Positions 39,561 to 53,062 of a stretch of DNA of 64,000 nt are shown here, in pieces. Below the pieces are notes generated by a model that saw nothing but the letters and a program-made list of their open reading frames with translations, was not told where the DNA came from and did no database searches. Source of the stretch: Stegostoma tigrinum (taxonomy: Eukaryota); assembly GCF_030684315.1 (NCBI RefSeq), contig NC_081379.1:16894637-16958636 (forward strand), read 5' to 3'. Numbering within the stretch: position 1 is the first letter of the stretch; every line of letters starts with the position of its first letter. The position numbers and the translations under genes are program-made.

Positions 39561-41879
39561 TGCATTAAGATATCCGGCAATTAGAATTCTATCTCAGAAT
39601 TTGTTTAAATTGTTCAAGAAAAAATCAAATATGAAATATCCAAAATAAAAATGCCTCGTAAGTAAATTTAAATTGGAGAAGTTTTAAAAAGAAATAATAG
39701 TATTGATCACAATTTAGGATTATGCCTTCCTGCAACGTGTTTGAATAATTCTAGGCTTATGTCAAGTGTGGTTAAATGTGAATAATGTAATTTAAATTTG
39801 ATTACAAAAATCATGGTAGATTCAGCAAAAATAATTTTTGGGAGAAGAAATGTTCCATCAGCTTTTGTTTTTGAAAATAGGCCACTTATGCTCGGAGTAA
39901 TGAGACTATGTGTAGGTTTTATAGTTCCTTCCTGTCTGACTTGAACAAACACCAGCATAGCAGAGAGTGCAACGTATGTTATCGGAGAGAGCTGAGGATA
40001 CTTGCTTCCACAATAATATATTTGACATTCAAGCTTCCACAATCACGTGTTAGAAATTCTAATTAAAACAAGTGCATAGCAAAAAAATTACGTTAACTTA
40101 AGTGCAGTTATGATGCTCATGTGTTTGTTGAGTATTTGTGATTGTTAAACACTGTGTATTTGAGGGCTGTAATTCAACCTATGCTTGAAGGCTGAATGTT
40201 TGGGAAAGAGGGTGTAAACTGATTAAAATTTGACTAAATTTGCTGATACTTGTTCCCTACTATCCACAAAGAACAAACTGTGTTAAAAATATAGTGTTCT
40301 GTATATGAGCTTGTGTATTCTCATAAACAGCTATACTTAGGAAACAATAAGTCTTTGTATAAATATGGTGCTTTTTAAATCTGTTACATTCTGGCATAGG
40401 ATTTCATAAAAATTAAAGTTATGTCTTTAAGAGATCCTCATCAGTTTTCATCAAATTTTCAATTCAGTTGACCAGCCTTACATTTTTTGTTGTGGTTCTG
40501 ACGCACTCACAGGAAATAAGACAAGTTAGCCGATTCTCATAGGGGGAAACTAATTGTTAACAATAATTTTAAAAAAACACAAGTTTTAAAGCATCTTATT
40601 AAAATTAGTCTTATATGGATGGCAATCTATCATGCATTATTTGCGACTTGTGTGAACATTTTGTCTCATATTTTAAAGGCTTTTTCAGTGTTTTATGGAA
40701 ATGTTATTTCTTTCAATCATTGGATTTTTGTTGCATAAAGTGAAAGTCTGTGGAAAATATTCCTGAAATAAATGTTGTGAAGCCATGAGTTATACATATA
40801 TAGTTTTCAGGAAAGAAATGCTTTATATAATATCCATTGAATGACAATAAATTACCATTATGCTTTCATCAGCATAATGGGCCCTTAATGCAGAAGTTCT
40901 GTGGGAGTGAGTTATGAAGAACCCACTTGCTAATGAAAGAGAATTCTGAATGTGTCATACTGTCCTTGCCATAGTAGTTTGTAATATTGATTCTTTGGGA
41001 ACCGATTGGCTGGTTTGAGAGAAGTTCCCCTTTGTTGAGAGAGAAGAGACTCTGTCAGGTATAGAGGCAAAAAAAAGAAATCCTAGGTTCAGAATCACCT
41101 GGCCTACTCTGGGGTATTCACGTTTATATCAGCACTTTGAGAGAGAGAAAAACAACAAAGGTTCTTCTGATTGTTATCATATTGCTTTTGCCAAGAAGCA
41201 CCTGATGTGAGGGAAAAGTTGAGGTGGTGATCAGTGTTGTCCACCATGGCCGAATAGTAACCTGACATTCTTTAGACTCTTAACTGAGGAAATGCTTTGG
41301 TGAAATGTCGCTTGGCTTCTGGAATTCAAAAAGGGAAGGACCCAACAAAGGTCAACACGTCTTTTTCATTGATCTGTGATTCTGCCACTGAAATCAGAGA
41401 TGGATTTAGTTCAAGAAGCCAGAACCTGAATAGGAACATATAGAAATAAATGGGGTTCAAAGAAGTCACAGAAAGGGTTGAAGTGCAGGATGGAACTGAA
41501 TGATTTTTGGTGTAGTTGGAACTGGGAATATTGATGCGAACACATGAAGCAATACTCTGTACATAATTTTTGCTTTCTTGATTGTGAGAGGCAGTTTGGA
41601 TGAACATTATACTGCATTTAGCTAAGTTGTACCTGCACTCGTTGTCCGACAGAGAATTGCAGATGTCTTTTACTCTGCATCTACCCCAAGGCAGAGGCAG
41701 ATTTACTTTTCATTCAGAACGTCCTGCACTCAACCTGGAGATGCTTAATGCTAAAACTGAGTGCACATGATAGATGTTTCGTTGCCTAGCATCATTAACG
41801 CTGACATAGGTGGACACGACATTTTTTGCTAAAAATAATTTGCAAAATATATACAGTTGTTGATTCCAGGAGCCTCTGA

Positions 41880-42335
41880 AGTTTTTTTAAGATGGAATTA
41901 TTGAGTTTCTGCTCGATGATAGTCCAAAGGCTGGTGACAGTCGGGGTTTCAGTGATTGTAACGCCATTGAATGTCAAGGGGCAGAGATTAGATTGCCATC
42001 ATCAAAAAGAGACAATAACCTGGCATTTGTGTGGCGCAGATGTTACTTGTCAGCCCAAGCTTGGTTAATGTCCAGGTTTTTTTGCATTTGAACATGGGCT
42101 CCTTCAGTATCTGAGGAGTTGTGAGCAGTGCTGAACATTGTGTAAACATCAGTGAACATCCCCACTTCTGACCATACAATGGAGGGAAGATTATTGAAGC
42201 AGCTGAAGATGATTGGGTCTGGGACTCTACCCTGAGGAACTCCTGCAAAGATGTCCTAGAACTGAGATAACTGACCTCCAACAGCCCCAACTGTCTTCCT
42301 TTGTGTCAGGTATGACTCCAACCACCAGAGCTGTT
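41880..42335 (-). mobile_element. Fragment of the tRNA-headed CR1-group LINE (intron 1)
   Basis: Reverse-complement match to 59440-59900. Confidence 0.75.
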
Positions 42336-42479
42336 ATAGCTAGGAAAGGACTAAGTTCATGTCATGTTTATAGGAGTGGGTATGACTGTGATAGAACATA
42401 GAACATTACAGCACAGTACAGGCCTTTCAGACTCTTGCTCACTTCTGGAGATGTGAGAAAATTATTTTTTAAAAAATAA

Positions 42480-42720
42480 GAGGGTGGAGAACGTCAACAG
42501 TTCTACACCAGTTCCATCCAAATGGATGATGGTCGAGCAGGGTTGAAGAATGATGGTGTGGTCGACTGTGTCAAAAGTTGAGAAGAATGAGCCTGGTTAG
42601 ATTTTCTGTGCTGCAATCAGATATGATGTAATCTGTGACTTTAAGAACTGATTAGGTGCTGGGGTAGGGTTGGAGTCTTGATATCTGGGACTTGAGCTTG
42701 GGTCCCTGCACCCTAAATTG
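42480..42720 (-). mobile_element. L2 LINE remnant
   Basis: The minus strand encodes FDTVDHTIIL (L2 RT motif AFDTVDH). Other probable L2 pieces are at ~25120-25560 and ~57295-57480. Confidence 0.5.
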
Positions 42721-43478
42721 AGGCTCAATAATGACAGGAACCTACCAAAAGGGGAATGGCAGCAGTAAACAGACAACATTTGTTTCTTGCTTTGTGTGCT
42801 TCCTGTGTCGCACATACAACCACAGAAGCTTACAGAACAGAAGTTAGCTATTTGGCCTGACATTTCAGTGTTGGTTCTTTGGGATTTGATCTCTGATTTA
42901 TCTACCACTATTCTGTACCTTTTCATAGTGTCCTGTATATTTCTGTGCTACAAATACTTATGTAATTTTTGTACGATGGTATTTGCCTCAATCATTCCCT
43001 GAAACAAATTGCATACTGTGATAGATCTATGTAGGAATTTCTCTTAAATTGTTTGTAAAAGACTGAAGCAGGTTAAAATTGGTGGCATCTTGCCATTGAC
43101 TCCTCAGTGATGAGAAATATTTCTTCCTTGTTTACTCTAACAAATTCCATAGTTATTTGAAAGAAAATTTGATTAAAACTAATTTCAGCCTTCTTTGCTC
43201 CTTTGATAATAACCCCACAAATTTCAAATCTATTTCTAAGGATTTCTCCTTATCCTGCACTCATCCTGTTGACCTGTTGTGTGATCTAACTGTCTTTAGA
43301 GATATTTCTAAAGTGAGACGTTAAAACTGCATACATTATTTTAAATGTTAGAAGTTCCAAACAGTCATTTTGGACTCAAAACATAACTCTGTTTCTCTGC
43401 ACAGGTGCTGCCAGATATGTTGAGTTCCTGTAGCATTTTTGTTTTTATTTCAGATGTCTAACATCTGCAGTATTTCAC

Positions 43479-43479
43479 T

Positions 43480-43530
<51 letters not shown>

Positions 43531-43547
43531 TTGACTGACTGACTGAC
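43479..43547. repeat. Compound microsatellite (TTTA)n(TGAC)n at the end of a PLE remnant
   Basis: Seen directly in the sequence. Confidence 0.95.
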
Positions 43548-45471
43548 CAGTATTTTGTACAAATTTTGATCTTTTATTCAATCTAAAGCTGTTGGTTTTT
43601 TTTTGCTGAGTAAAAATGTGCATGCACTCGTATGGTCAAAGAATTGTGTATTTGAGTACTTAAGTTTCTCTGTTGACCTGTGTCCCTTAGAAACTTTACA
43701 TTGAGTATGTACACTCACTCATTGTTTTATTTTTCCCAGATATTACATCAGGTGTATCTATCTTCTATTACTCACATAGCCACCAGCCTGTCATTCTAAA
43801 CTATCTGTTTTTCCTGAAGTCTTCTACAGCTACTCTTATTTGTCAAAACCCTGACTTTTGTATTTTAGGTTAATTTTAAAATGTCTGTCATGCTCAAGTT
43901 AAATAATAACAGGACCATCAGTACATCCTTTCCACTCCTTCTCCAATACAAACAAAACTCATTTGCCCAACACTTTTTCTTTCTGTGTAGCTTCTTGCAT
44001 ATGATGGTTTTTGTTAAAGCAAATCTCTTACAAGACACCAGGACATTGTATGTTAAATGCCTGATGTTTTCAATTACTTACTACTTCAGAAGCTCTGAAA
44101 TTTTTCAAAACATGACTTGCTTAAAGTATAACTGTGCTGGTTATCTTGACTAACTTTTTTACATTTCTGAATACTTAGTAATTTTATCTCAAATTAAGGA
44201 TTCTGAGACTTTGCACCCAATGATATTAGATTGACTAATCCATAAAATTCCATGACTGTCCACTTTTTTTTGGAAAAAAAGTGTGCAGTGGTGTAATTTC
44301 CATATTTAAGGAATGGAAAACTGTGGACAAACCCACTATCTCTGATTTTTCTTCACTATTATTGGGCATGTGCCATCAGGCTTCAGTTCTTATTCACCTT
44401 GGATCCTGCGCTGTAATGGTTCCACTAGTATTTGCACAGTCAACAAGTGACCTGTTTACAAGTTTATGTCAATGGTGCTCTGCGTGTGCCCATTAGGAAA
44501 CATTTAGGGGATGAGTTTGATCCTTTCTCTTGGGAAGTGTTTAATTTTATGTCTGATATCTTCCGAATGGGATGATATCAAGAACTATAGAGGCTAGTCC
44601 AATTAATTGACATATAGGATATTGCCTTTGTGTAACAACAAGCTAGGTTGTTGGGTCATTGCAACCTTCTTGCCTACTCTGTAACCAAGGGAAGGACGTG
44701 ATTTGGAGAAAGTCATGGATGCAATGCGTCAGTTGCAATATAAAGTGAACAAATTTTTAAGGATTAATTTGAAATTGTTACTTGTATAAAACAACTGACT
44801 ACTTAATTTATATTAGTCCATTAATGTAGAAAATATGACAGCCCTTACATATGAAGGACAAAAATAAAATAGGTAGAAGAAGTATAGAAAAAATAATGGT
44901 GAGCTGTAGTGAGAGAGTTAGGAGAGTTCAGAATGCTTTCTTAAAATGAACAGAGGGGTTAAGAGTAGAAGAATTCAGAAAGAGATGTCCAGTGAGTACA
45001 ATACTGGTTGCATGCACCAGATCAAAGTTGGCAGAATGTAAGTAATTGATGAGGAAATGTATGTATAGTTACAGGAACAAGAGATAAGGAAACCATGGAG
45101 AGACTTTACTTTGTCTTTGTTGGTTGCATTAGATCATTGCATTGGTAACCAAGTGACACTACTACAATGCCAGGCTTAGTATAAACGCAGAATAAAGTCC
45201 AGGTGGCCACTGACCTACCACTGCAGGTGGTAGTGGTAGGAACAATTTGAAATGATAGATTAACAATAAAATTGTACATTGACATAAGATTTTCCATTAT
45301 CTTACTCGGATCAATACAATAAAAAAACGTTGACAACAATTTCTAAGTGACACTCGGCATGCACTTATTATCCTGCAATCAATGAAGAGCATCAGAAAAC
45401 GAAAGCAATTTAATCCTTGGTGGTTTTTATCTGTCAGTGCAGTTGACTATTGCTGTCTGTGATTTGTTGGC

Positions 45472-45658
45472 GATAATGGGAACTGCAGATGCTGGAGATT
45501 CCAAGATAATAAAATGTGAGGCTGGATGAACACAGCAGGCCAAGCAGCATCTCAGGAGCACAAAAGCTGACGTTTCGGGCCTAGGCCCGAAACGTCAGCT
45601 TTTGTGCTCCTGAGATGCTGCTTGGCCTGCTGTGTTCATCCAGCCTCACATTTTATTA
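45472..45658 (-). mobile_element. PLE perfect-palindrome mini-insertion in GRK3 intron 1
   Basis: Loopless palindrome at 45504-45661 centred on gggcct|aggccc, preceded by the inverted tail. A 16-bp TSD tctgtgatttgttggc lies at 45456-45471 and 45659-45674. Confidence 0.93.
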
Positions 45659-46189
45659 TCTGTGATTTGTTGGCAGCTGGTTAAATCAACTGATCAAATG
45701 ATATATAATCTGTAAATAAGTGGTGAGAATGAATTTCTTGGCCTGAACTTTAGGCAAAAACTGATACATTTGGTGGTCAAGGCTATACTCTACAAATGTG
45801 TTCAATTAAGAGTATAATTACATTGTAAATCATAAGATTGTAACTATAGGCAGTTGTATCTTAACTTTATCATAACTTCAGCCATGTTATTGAGTGGCGG
45901 GACTAGCTGTACCTGGAGTGATTGTGCGTAAAATCACCAAAGAATGGTGGTGAAGGGGTGGTTATTTGCATGTTGTGAGAATAAAATCAGAGGAAGAGAC
46001 ATTTCTGAGTTGGAGGGAAGAAATCAGCTATTCACGGATGGAGGAAAAATAATGTCTGTAGAAGTGTCAAATACAGAGATTAGCATTGAAAGACGAGGAT
46101 TGCTGTCTTCCCTTTAGCTCAACAGGACTTGTGACTGTACAGAACCAAAAAAAATGTCGAAAGGAGGAAATATAATTTACCAAAAAGCT

Positions 46190-49078
46190 TTTTCTGTCAT
46201 GGTATTTGGGTGTCATCAACTCCTGGCAACATCAATTGCTGATTCCTAATTGTCTTGGGGAAGGATGTGATGACCAGCTACGCTGAACATGTATAGATCT
46301 TTTGGGTATAAGGTTATCAACGACGCTATAGACAGGAAGTTGTAAAATTTTGATGAAACAACATTGAAAGATTGGTGATGTGGTTCCAAACAGGCAGCAT
46401 GTATGAAATGGTGCTGAACTTGCAAGTGGTGGTGTCACGTATGCCTGCTACGTTTGTCCTTCTCAGTGATCAAGATCATGGATGAGGGTGCCAGTCAAAT
46501 TGGGTGTCTTGACCTGATTTGTGTTGAAATTCTTGAATGTTGTTGGATCTGCAGTCATCCGGACAAGAGGAGAATATTCCCTCATACTCCTGACTTGTTC
46601 CTTGCATTTGGTGGACGGTCTTTGGAGAGATACGACACAAGTTACTTGCAATGTTTTCTATAAGCTGTGTGGTTGTTCATGCCAATCGGTGTGCTGATAC
46701 CATTCCCACCATTGACTTCTGGTTTTGGAAGTTGCTGCCAACATGGACCTCTTCAGGCCTGTGCAGAATAAAATAAAACTAAAGGGAAATCAGTTACTTG
46801 CAGCAAAATCCCTAGCCTCTGACCTGATCTTACTGCCAGATTATTTATATGACTGTCGAGTCCAGTTTCTGGCCTGTGATTACTCATGGGATGTTGTTCG
46901 TGAGGGGCTTCAGCAAGGGTAATACAATTCAACATCGAAGTGATAACTTGAATTCTTTTGTGATGGAGATGTTCATTGCCTGTGAATGTTACTTAATAGT
47001 TGTCTGCCTAAGACAGGTCCTGTTGCATTTGAACATGGATTGCTTCAATTCTGAGGCATCATGAATGGTGTTGGATGTTGTGCATTTATCAGCAAACACC
47101 CAACTTCTGACCTTCTGATAGGTGGAAGGTCTTTGGGGAAGCAGCTGAAGATGATGAGGCTGGTATACTAGCCTGAGGAACATCTGCAGGGACGATTGAC
47201 TGCCAACAATCATAACTGCCTTCCTTTGTCCCACGTATGACTCTACCAGTGAATAGCTTGCTCCTCGATTCCCATTGACTGCAGCTTTGCTAGGGCTCCT
47301 TGATGCCTGTTTTGGTCCAATGCTTGATATCAAGGGCAGTCACTCTCACCTCACCTCTGGCATTTAGCTGTTTTGTCCTTGTTGGGATCAAGGTTGTAAT
47401 TGAGTTGAAAATCTGTGCTTTTGCTAGAACCCACCCTGAGCATTGATGAATGTGGCTTTTAAGCATTGACGAAGTCAAGGGACTATCGCTGGAAGTTTGT
47501 TAGGGCCCTTAACCTTTGCAGTAGCCTTTAGTTGTGTCTTGATAACACAGTGAATTGAATTGGCTGATGCTGAGGAACACTGGGGAAGGTTAAGATTGCT
47601 CTTCTGGCTGAAGATGGATGCATATGCTTTAGCCTTAGCTTTTTCAAAAAGGTGCTGGGCTTCTCCCACCTTTATGAGGATGTGGATGAGGGACCACCAC
47701 CTACTGTTGTTTAGTTGTCAATGACTGTTCCCACCTGGATATTGATCTGTACTTAGATCTGATTCTTTTTTGTGGGTTTGATAGATGGGGCTTACTTTGT
47801 ACATTTTGGCATGCAATTATTCCAGTCTTGTAGCTGCATCAAACAGATGCCTCATTGTGATGAATGCATGGTGCTAATCTGGCATCTCCACAAGCACTCT
47901 CTACTTTGTACTGATTTCCCTGCTTCATTGTAATTGCAGTGTAGGGGTATGTGAGCCATAATGTTATTGATAGTGGTTGAGTGCGTTTTTCTTGTTTCCG
48001 ATGAGCAAAAATGTCTTCAGGTAACTCAATTTTGAGTTGCTAATTCTGTTCAAAGCCTGTTCCATTTAGTATGGTGGTCTTGCCAACAACATGATTGAAG
48101 CTAATGACTGTGTTCCTGATGGTTTCTTCTACAATACTGTCATGGTCTGACATCTGTAACAGGTTGATTACTGAAGATGAGATCCAATAAACTTCCCTCT
48201 TGTTGGTTCTTTTGCCGCCTGCCACAGACTGAGTCTAGTAGTTATATCCTTTGGCTCTCAATCAGCTCAGACCGGTCGTGGTGTTATCGAGTCACTCTTG
48301 GTGATGAATATCCCAACCTATAGTACATGCTGCACTGTTGCCAGCATTGCTAGTGCCTCCCAGTGGCGTTTAATTTGGAGGAGTATTGGTTCATCAGCTG
48401 GGAGTCAGGTACGTGATAATCAGTAGGGAGTTTCCTTTCCCACGTTTGACCTGATGCTCTAAACTTAATGGGATCTGGAGTCAGGGTACCTCCCTGTCAG
48501 CTGTACTATTGTCGCATCACCTCTGGTGAGTCTGTCCTGCTGGTGGGAAAGGACATATCCAGGGATAGTAATGGTGGGGTCTGGGACAGTCATTATTCTT
48601 GGAATCATAGCTTATAGACAGTGTCACTTGATTAGCCTGTGAGATATAGTTCTTTCACAATTTTGCACAAGCCCCCAGATTTTTTCCAGGGTTGAAAGGG
48701 CCTTGTTTGCCATTGTTGTTTCTGGTGTCCAGGTGATGCAAGGTCTTCTGTCCACTTTGGTTCCAGATAGTTTGATACAGCTGAACAGCTTGGTAATTGT
48801 TTGGAGTGCGGTTAAGAGGCAACCAACCAACCATATGCTCTGGATTGTCATGTAGGTCACGACCAGGTAAGGCCGTCAGATTTCCTTCCCTAAAATGCAC
48901 TAGCATATCCAATGGGTCTTTTGTGACAATTGTAACATGGTTGCGATTAGACAATTTTTAATTCCACATTTTACTAAACTAATTTTTCACCATCAGTCAT
49001 AGGTTTAAGACCAACTATGTCCGCAGAACATTTGCCTGGGTCTCTGGACTGCTAGTCCAGTGAAATTATTGTGACCAC
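46190..49078 (-). mobile_element. Near full-length decayed tRNA-headed CR1-group LINE (intron 1, antisense)
   Basis: Head at ~48800-49078, APE start (IWGLVQ....SHRLIK), RT (RGEVRVTALDIK, VFADKCT) and 3' end at ~46190-46265. Confidence 0.8.
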
Positions 49079-49317
49079 TTTGCATGTCTGGACTGTTACT
49101 ATAATATTGAAATACCACTCTGTGTGGCATACTCGCTCCTCAGTCATAATTTGTTCCTCACTTGTCTTTCAGAAGCTAGTTAAAGCACATCAAATGTCTC
49201 AGTCTCTGGTGAAATGTATGGGATTTCATCCAATTTGTCTGAAATCGACATGTTGCAATTTAATGAAACATTATTGAAACATTGGAAGATTTCTACATTT
49301 TTATTCTTTGTTTTTAG

Positions 49318-49394
49318 CATACGCAGTGTTATGCAAAAGTACCTGGAGGAAAGAGATGAACTAACCTTTGAGAAGATTTTCAATCAGAAAATTG
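49318..49394 (+). CDS. GRK3: GRK3-like coding exon 2
   Basis: Polypyrimidine ...tttttag|C ATA CGC AGT GTT ATG..., 77 nt, (S)[25 protein letters not shown](G), donor G|gtgagt. The phase matches exon 1 (AG+C = Ser). Confidence 0.93.
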
Positions 49395-50095
49395 GTGAGT
49401 GAAAAAATTGTACATGTTTCAGTGGTGATGTTTTTCTGCTACAATTTGAATTTTCAGGTCTGTTTGTTCATAAAAGTGGCATACATCATGTGCTTTTAAA
49501 GAGGGTGTGAAATTCAACCCCTTGAATGCAGGCTTTTCTGTAGTCCTAGAGACATACTTGATTATTGTTCACTTGATTATTTTTATCTCTTTGTTCATTC
49601 CTCTCCTGAAGTTGCAACTTTTTCAGGGATGGGGCTTTGAATGTGCCTGGAGCCATCTGGCACATAACAAAATACTCAGTCTTCATATTGTATAGGTTAG
49701 AAATAAACTATTTTTAGAAAAGCTTCAAATATGTATCACACTGAAGTCTGATCCACACATGCATACTTTCCAGGAGAAGTCACCAGTTAATTGACAGAGT
49801 AGAAACCCTTTGTTTATTCACACTAACCTAAGGATAAAGATGCCAATTGTAGTTTCACCTGATCATGTTCAAGTGGTTCAGCATAGACGAGACATTGAAC
49901 AAGGGACTTGGACTAAATGGATCGGGGACCTACCAAGTTAACTAGCTATGGCAACATTTGAACACAAACCTGTTTTGAATTGTGTTGTTGTTTAAATGCA
50001 TTATTTTATTTTTAAACTTTATCTGGTTTCAAATATGGTGAGGGTGGAGAGCGTTTTGACAAAGCTGTTGATTTGACCAATGCAGATAACAGTTC

Positions 50096-50240
50096 AGTCA
50101 CCACAGTCCGGACAGGCCATAGAGCTTGCTCTTTTATTAGTGAGAGACAAGTAGTGGCGTTTTGACGTGAGGAGCACAACACCTCAGTTGAGGGGAGAGA
50201 TTGAGAAGGAGAGTTTGATGCACTAACTTCAGTTAAGTTG
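50096..50240 (-). mobile_element. tRNA-SINE 3' fragment (same family as 1422-1626)
   Basis: Reverse-complement similarity (ctctcccctcaactgag..., tgtctctc..taat..gag..gc.ctatgg). Confidence 0.6.
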
Positions 50241-51275
50241 AATAATGAAATAGATGCAGCAGCAGAATTGAAGTGGGCGAAAGAAATGATCCTAATTGAT
50301 CTGAAGTATCATCAGTCATGTTTGTATGTTGCCTGTACTACCCATGAAAGATGCTGCCTTGCTTCCTCCTGAATGCTCGATTGTTTCCTGAGCCTGGTGG
50401 GTTTGCATGCGCAATCTGATGGCCAGGTTGAAGCCAGACCAATATGGCAGCTTCCCTTTCTGATACGTCACTGATTTTACTCCCATGCGTTTGTATAACC
50501 CTTCTGAATGTCTCTAGTACCCTACCAAAGGTGCCACCATCTTCAATCATTCAATTATAGTAAATGACTAAATTTTGTACTTAAGTTGAAATAAAGACTT
50601 CTTCCAGGCTGTTGTATCTTTTCTAAGGTGTCAGCCCAATATGGTTCAATATTATACTTGTAGCCTAACAAGGATTTTGTATTGCTGTAACACAAATGTC
50701 TGTCCCATGTATTCTCGTCCTCTAGATTTGAAGGGCAGGATTCTGTTGATCTGTTTTATTTTCTGTGCTTGTTCATGAGATTTAACATTGATAGATGACA
50801 TTGTTTTAATGTTTGCAAAGTTTTATCACTCAGGAGCCACAGACGATGGGTTCATCATGTTACTAACAGACTGTTCATCATTCACTTTATCTGATACTCC
50901 ATTAATCCTGAGATCTTATCTATCTACCACCTATTCTGAAGTGATTATGTTCACCAACATTTAGCTGTTGGAAAAAAATTGTTTGAGTAAAGTTCAGTAA
51001 AACAATTTCTCGGACTCATTCAGTGTGTTATTTTTGGTTCCAAAAGAATTCCTTATTAGTAGTAAAAGTGGTGAAGATAGGAGGCTTGGACTTCAAGTTT
51101 AATTTTAGAAAAAGACAATATATATTGTCAGCTATTTTAGGGGTTACATGTACAGCTACAGTAGAGAATGAAATGCAACAGAGGAGCTGAAAATGTATTT
51201 TTGAACAGTTCAGTATCTCTCATATTTATCTCAGATCTTCTTATGAAAAGTTGCTTCATAGTTCTATGTTCTATA

Positions 51276-51575
51276 CTTTTTCTTAGGGTGGAGCTAGCTA
51301 TTACAAGGGGCCATAGTTTTAAAGTGAGTGAAGGTAGATGTAGGAGAGATGTCAGAGGTAGGTTTTTTACTCGAGTGGTCAGGGTGTGGAATGCATTACT
51401 GGAGATGGTAGTGGAGTTGGCCTCATTGGGGCATTTAAGCGGCTGTTAGATAGGCATATGGATGATAGTATAAGGTGGGGTGGAGGTTCAATAGACCTTA
51501 GGTTTATGGTAAACGTTCAGCACAACATCATGGACCGAAGGGCCTGTACTGTGCTGTACTGTTCTATGTTCTATA
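51276..51575 (+). mobile_element. CR1 3' fragment
   Basis: TRGHSFKV...DVRGRFFT.RVV.VWNAL with a (ctatgtt)n tail. Related to the 29752-31008 family. Confidence 0.9.
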
Positions 51576-52747
51576 TACTTAAAGAAAATTTAGGTAACTA
51601 CTTGTATATATTGGAATTTTACACAATGTCAATGAGAAAGGAATGATTAATTACATTTCTGTTCCGCATTTGATAAGAATTCTTCATTTGGAACTTTTAT
51701 ACTGGCAATGAAAGAGATTTTATTCACCACTGTTTCTTTTCTTTCTTTTAAAAATCATTCTTTTATACCCATCTTTCTGATGAGTAACATTTTAATATCT
51801 CATCCTTTGGCTTGGTATCCTTTCTTTATGTCTCTGTAAGTGGACTTTTGATTTTTTTTAAAATGTTGAAGACTCTAAAAATGAAGTTTGTTGAGTGAAT
51901 CGAAAGTAGTTTGATTCACTCAACTTTTGTATGAAGAGAATGGGTGATACATTTTAAACTTATGCAATTCTTTCTGAATGAGAATATGTTTTTGGAATCA
52001 AGTAGATTTGGAAGGATTTAACCCAGTGGAATTTTCTATACTTGGGTGATATGTGCCAAATTTTAAGTTGGTTATACTGTTATTTATGCTGAAGTTTTAA
52101 TAGAAATGCTAATAACTTTAAAAATCTCTCAGGGATTGTGTGCAGATATGGTCTTGAATAGCTTTCTTTATGGTTAACAAAATGAGCCTGAAAAATGAAA
52201 TCACTGTGAAGTGAATTTTGGTTGAACAACTTTTATTCTTTTTAGATCCACAGCACCTTCTAAGCCCATTGCATCTATGGATGTTGGCCTCAATGAACAA
52301 CACAATTATTGTATCTGTACAGGTTCCCTACCATTCAAAGCTCTATAGTAAGAAGACTGCACAATTGCATAAATGGCTGTGTTACTGCTGGAAATTAGTA
52401 ATGAATTAGCAGTTTGCAAAACATGACTGTAAGCAGTAATATGACATAAAGCATAGAAAGGTCTAGAGAAATAAGGCCTGCACTCTGCATGTTAGAAGCC
52501 ATGTTCCTGTGAAAATGTATAAAGTTTACATTGAGTCTTTAACTGAGGATATTGGTTAATAATTCAAATGTGCTTTCCCAATTGCATTCAGTCTGTTGCA
52601 TTGTATTTCTAGGAGAAATGGTGATTGCAGTCTGGATAATTGCAAGATGCAGTTAGTATTTATTCTGTTCCATTTTACAGCCCTAAATAGAGTGGCTCAT
52701 TATTTGTTCCAAGTCATGATTCACTCTCCCATCATCGATTATATATT

Positions 52748-53062
52748 ATAGAATCCCTACAGTGTGTAAACAGGCCCTTCTGGCCAACAAGTTCACACTA
52801 ACTCCCAGAGTATCTGACCCAGACCCATCCGCTCATAACCCACCTAATCTACACATCCCTGTACACTACAGGCTATTTAACATGGCCAGTTCACCTAGCC
52901 TGTATGTCTTTGGACTGTGGAAGGAAACCGGAGCACCTGGAGGAAACCCACGCAGACACGGGGAGAATGTGCAAACTCCATACAGTTGCCCAAGGGTGGA
53001 ATCAAACCCAGGTCCCTGGCTCTGTGAGGCAGCATTGCTAACCACTGAGCCACCATGCCGCC
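52748..53062 (-). mobile_element. tRNA-derived V-SINE (HE1-like), full length
   Basis: The minus strand reads ggcggcatggtggctcagtggttagc (A box), B-box region, V core and a CR1-like tail. Confidence 0.9.

Noticed and set aside
52990-53062. tRNA genes here and at 384, 57844, 58591 and 62717
   Set aside because: These are SINE or LINE heads continuous with repeat bodies, with no complete cloverleaf.
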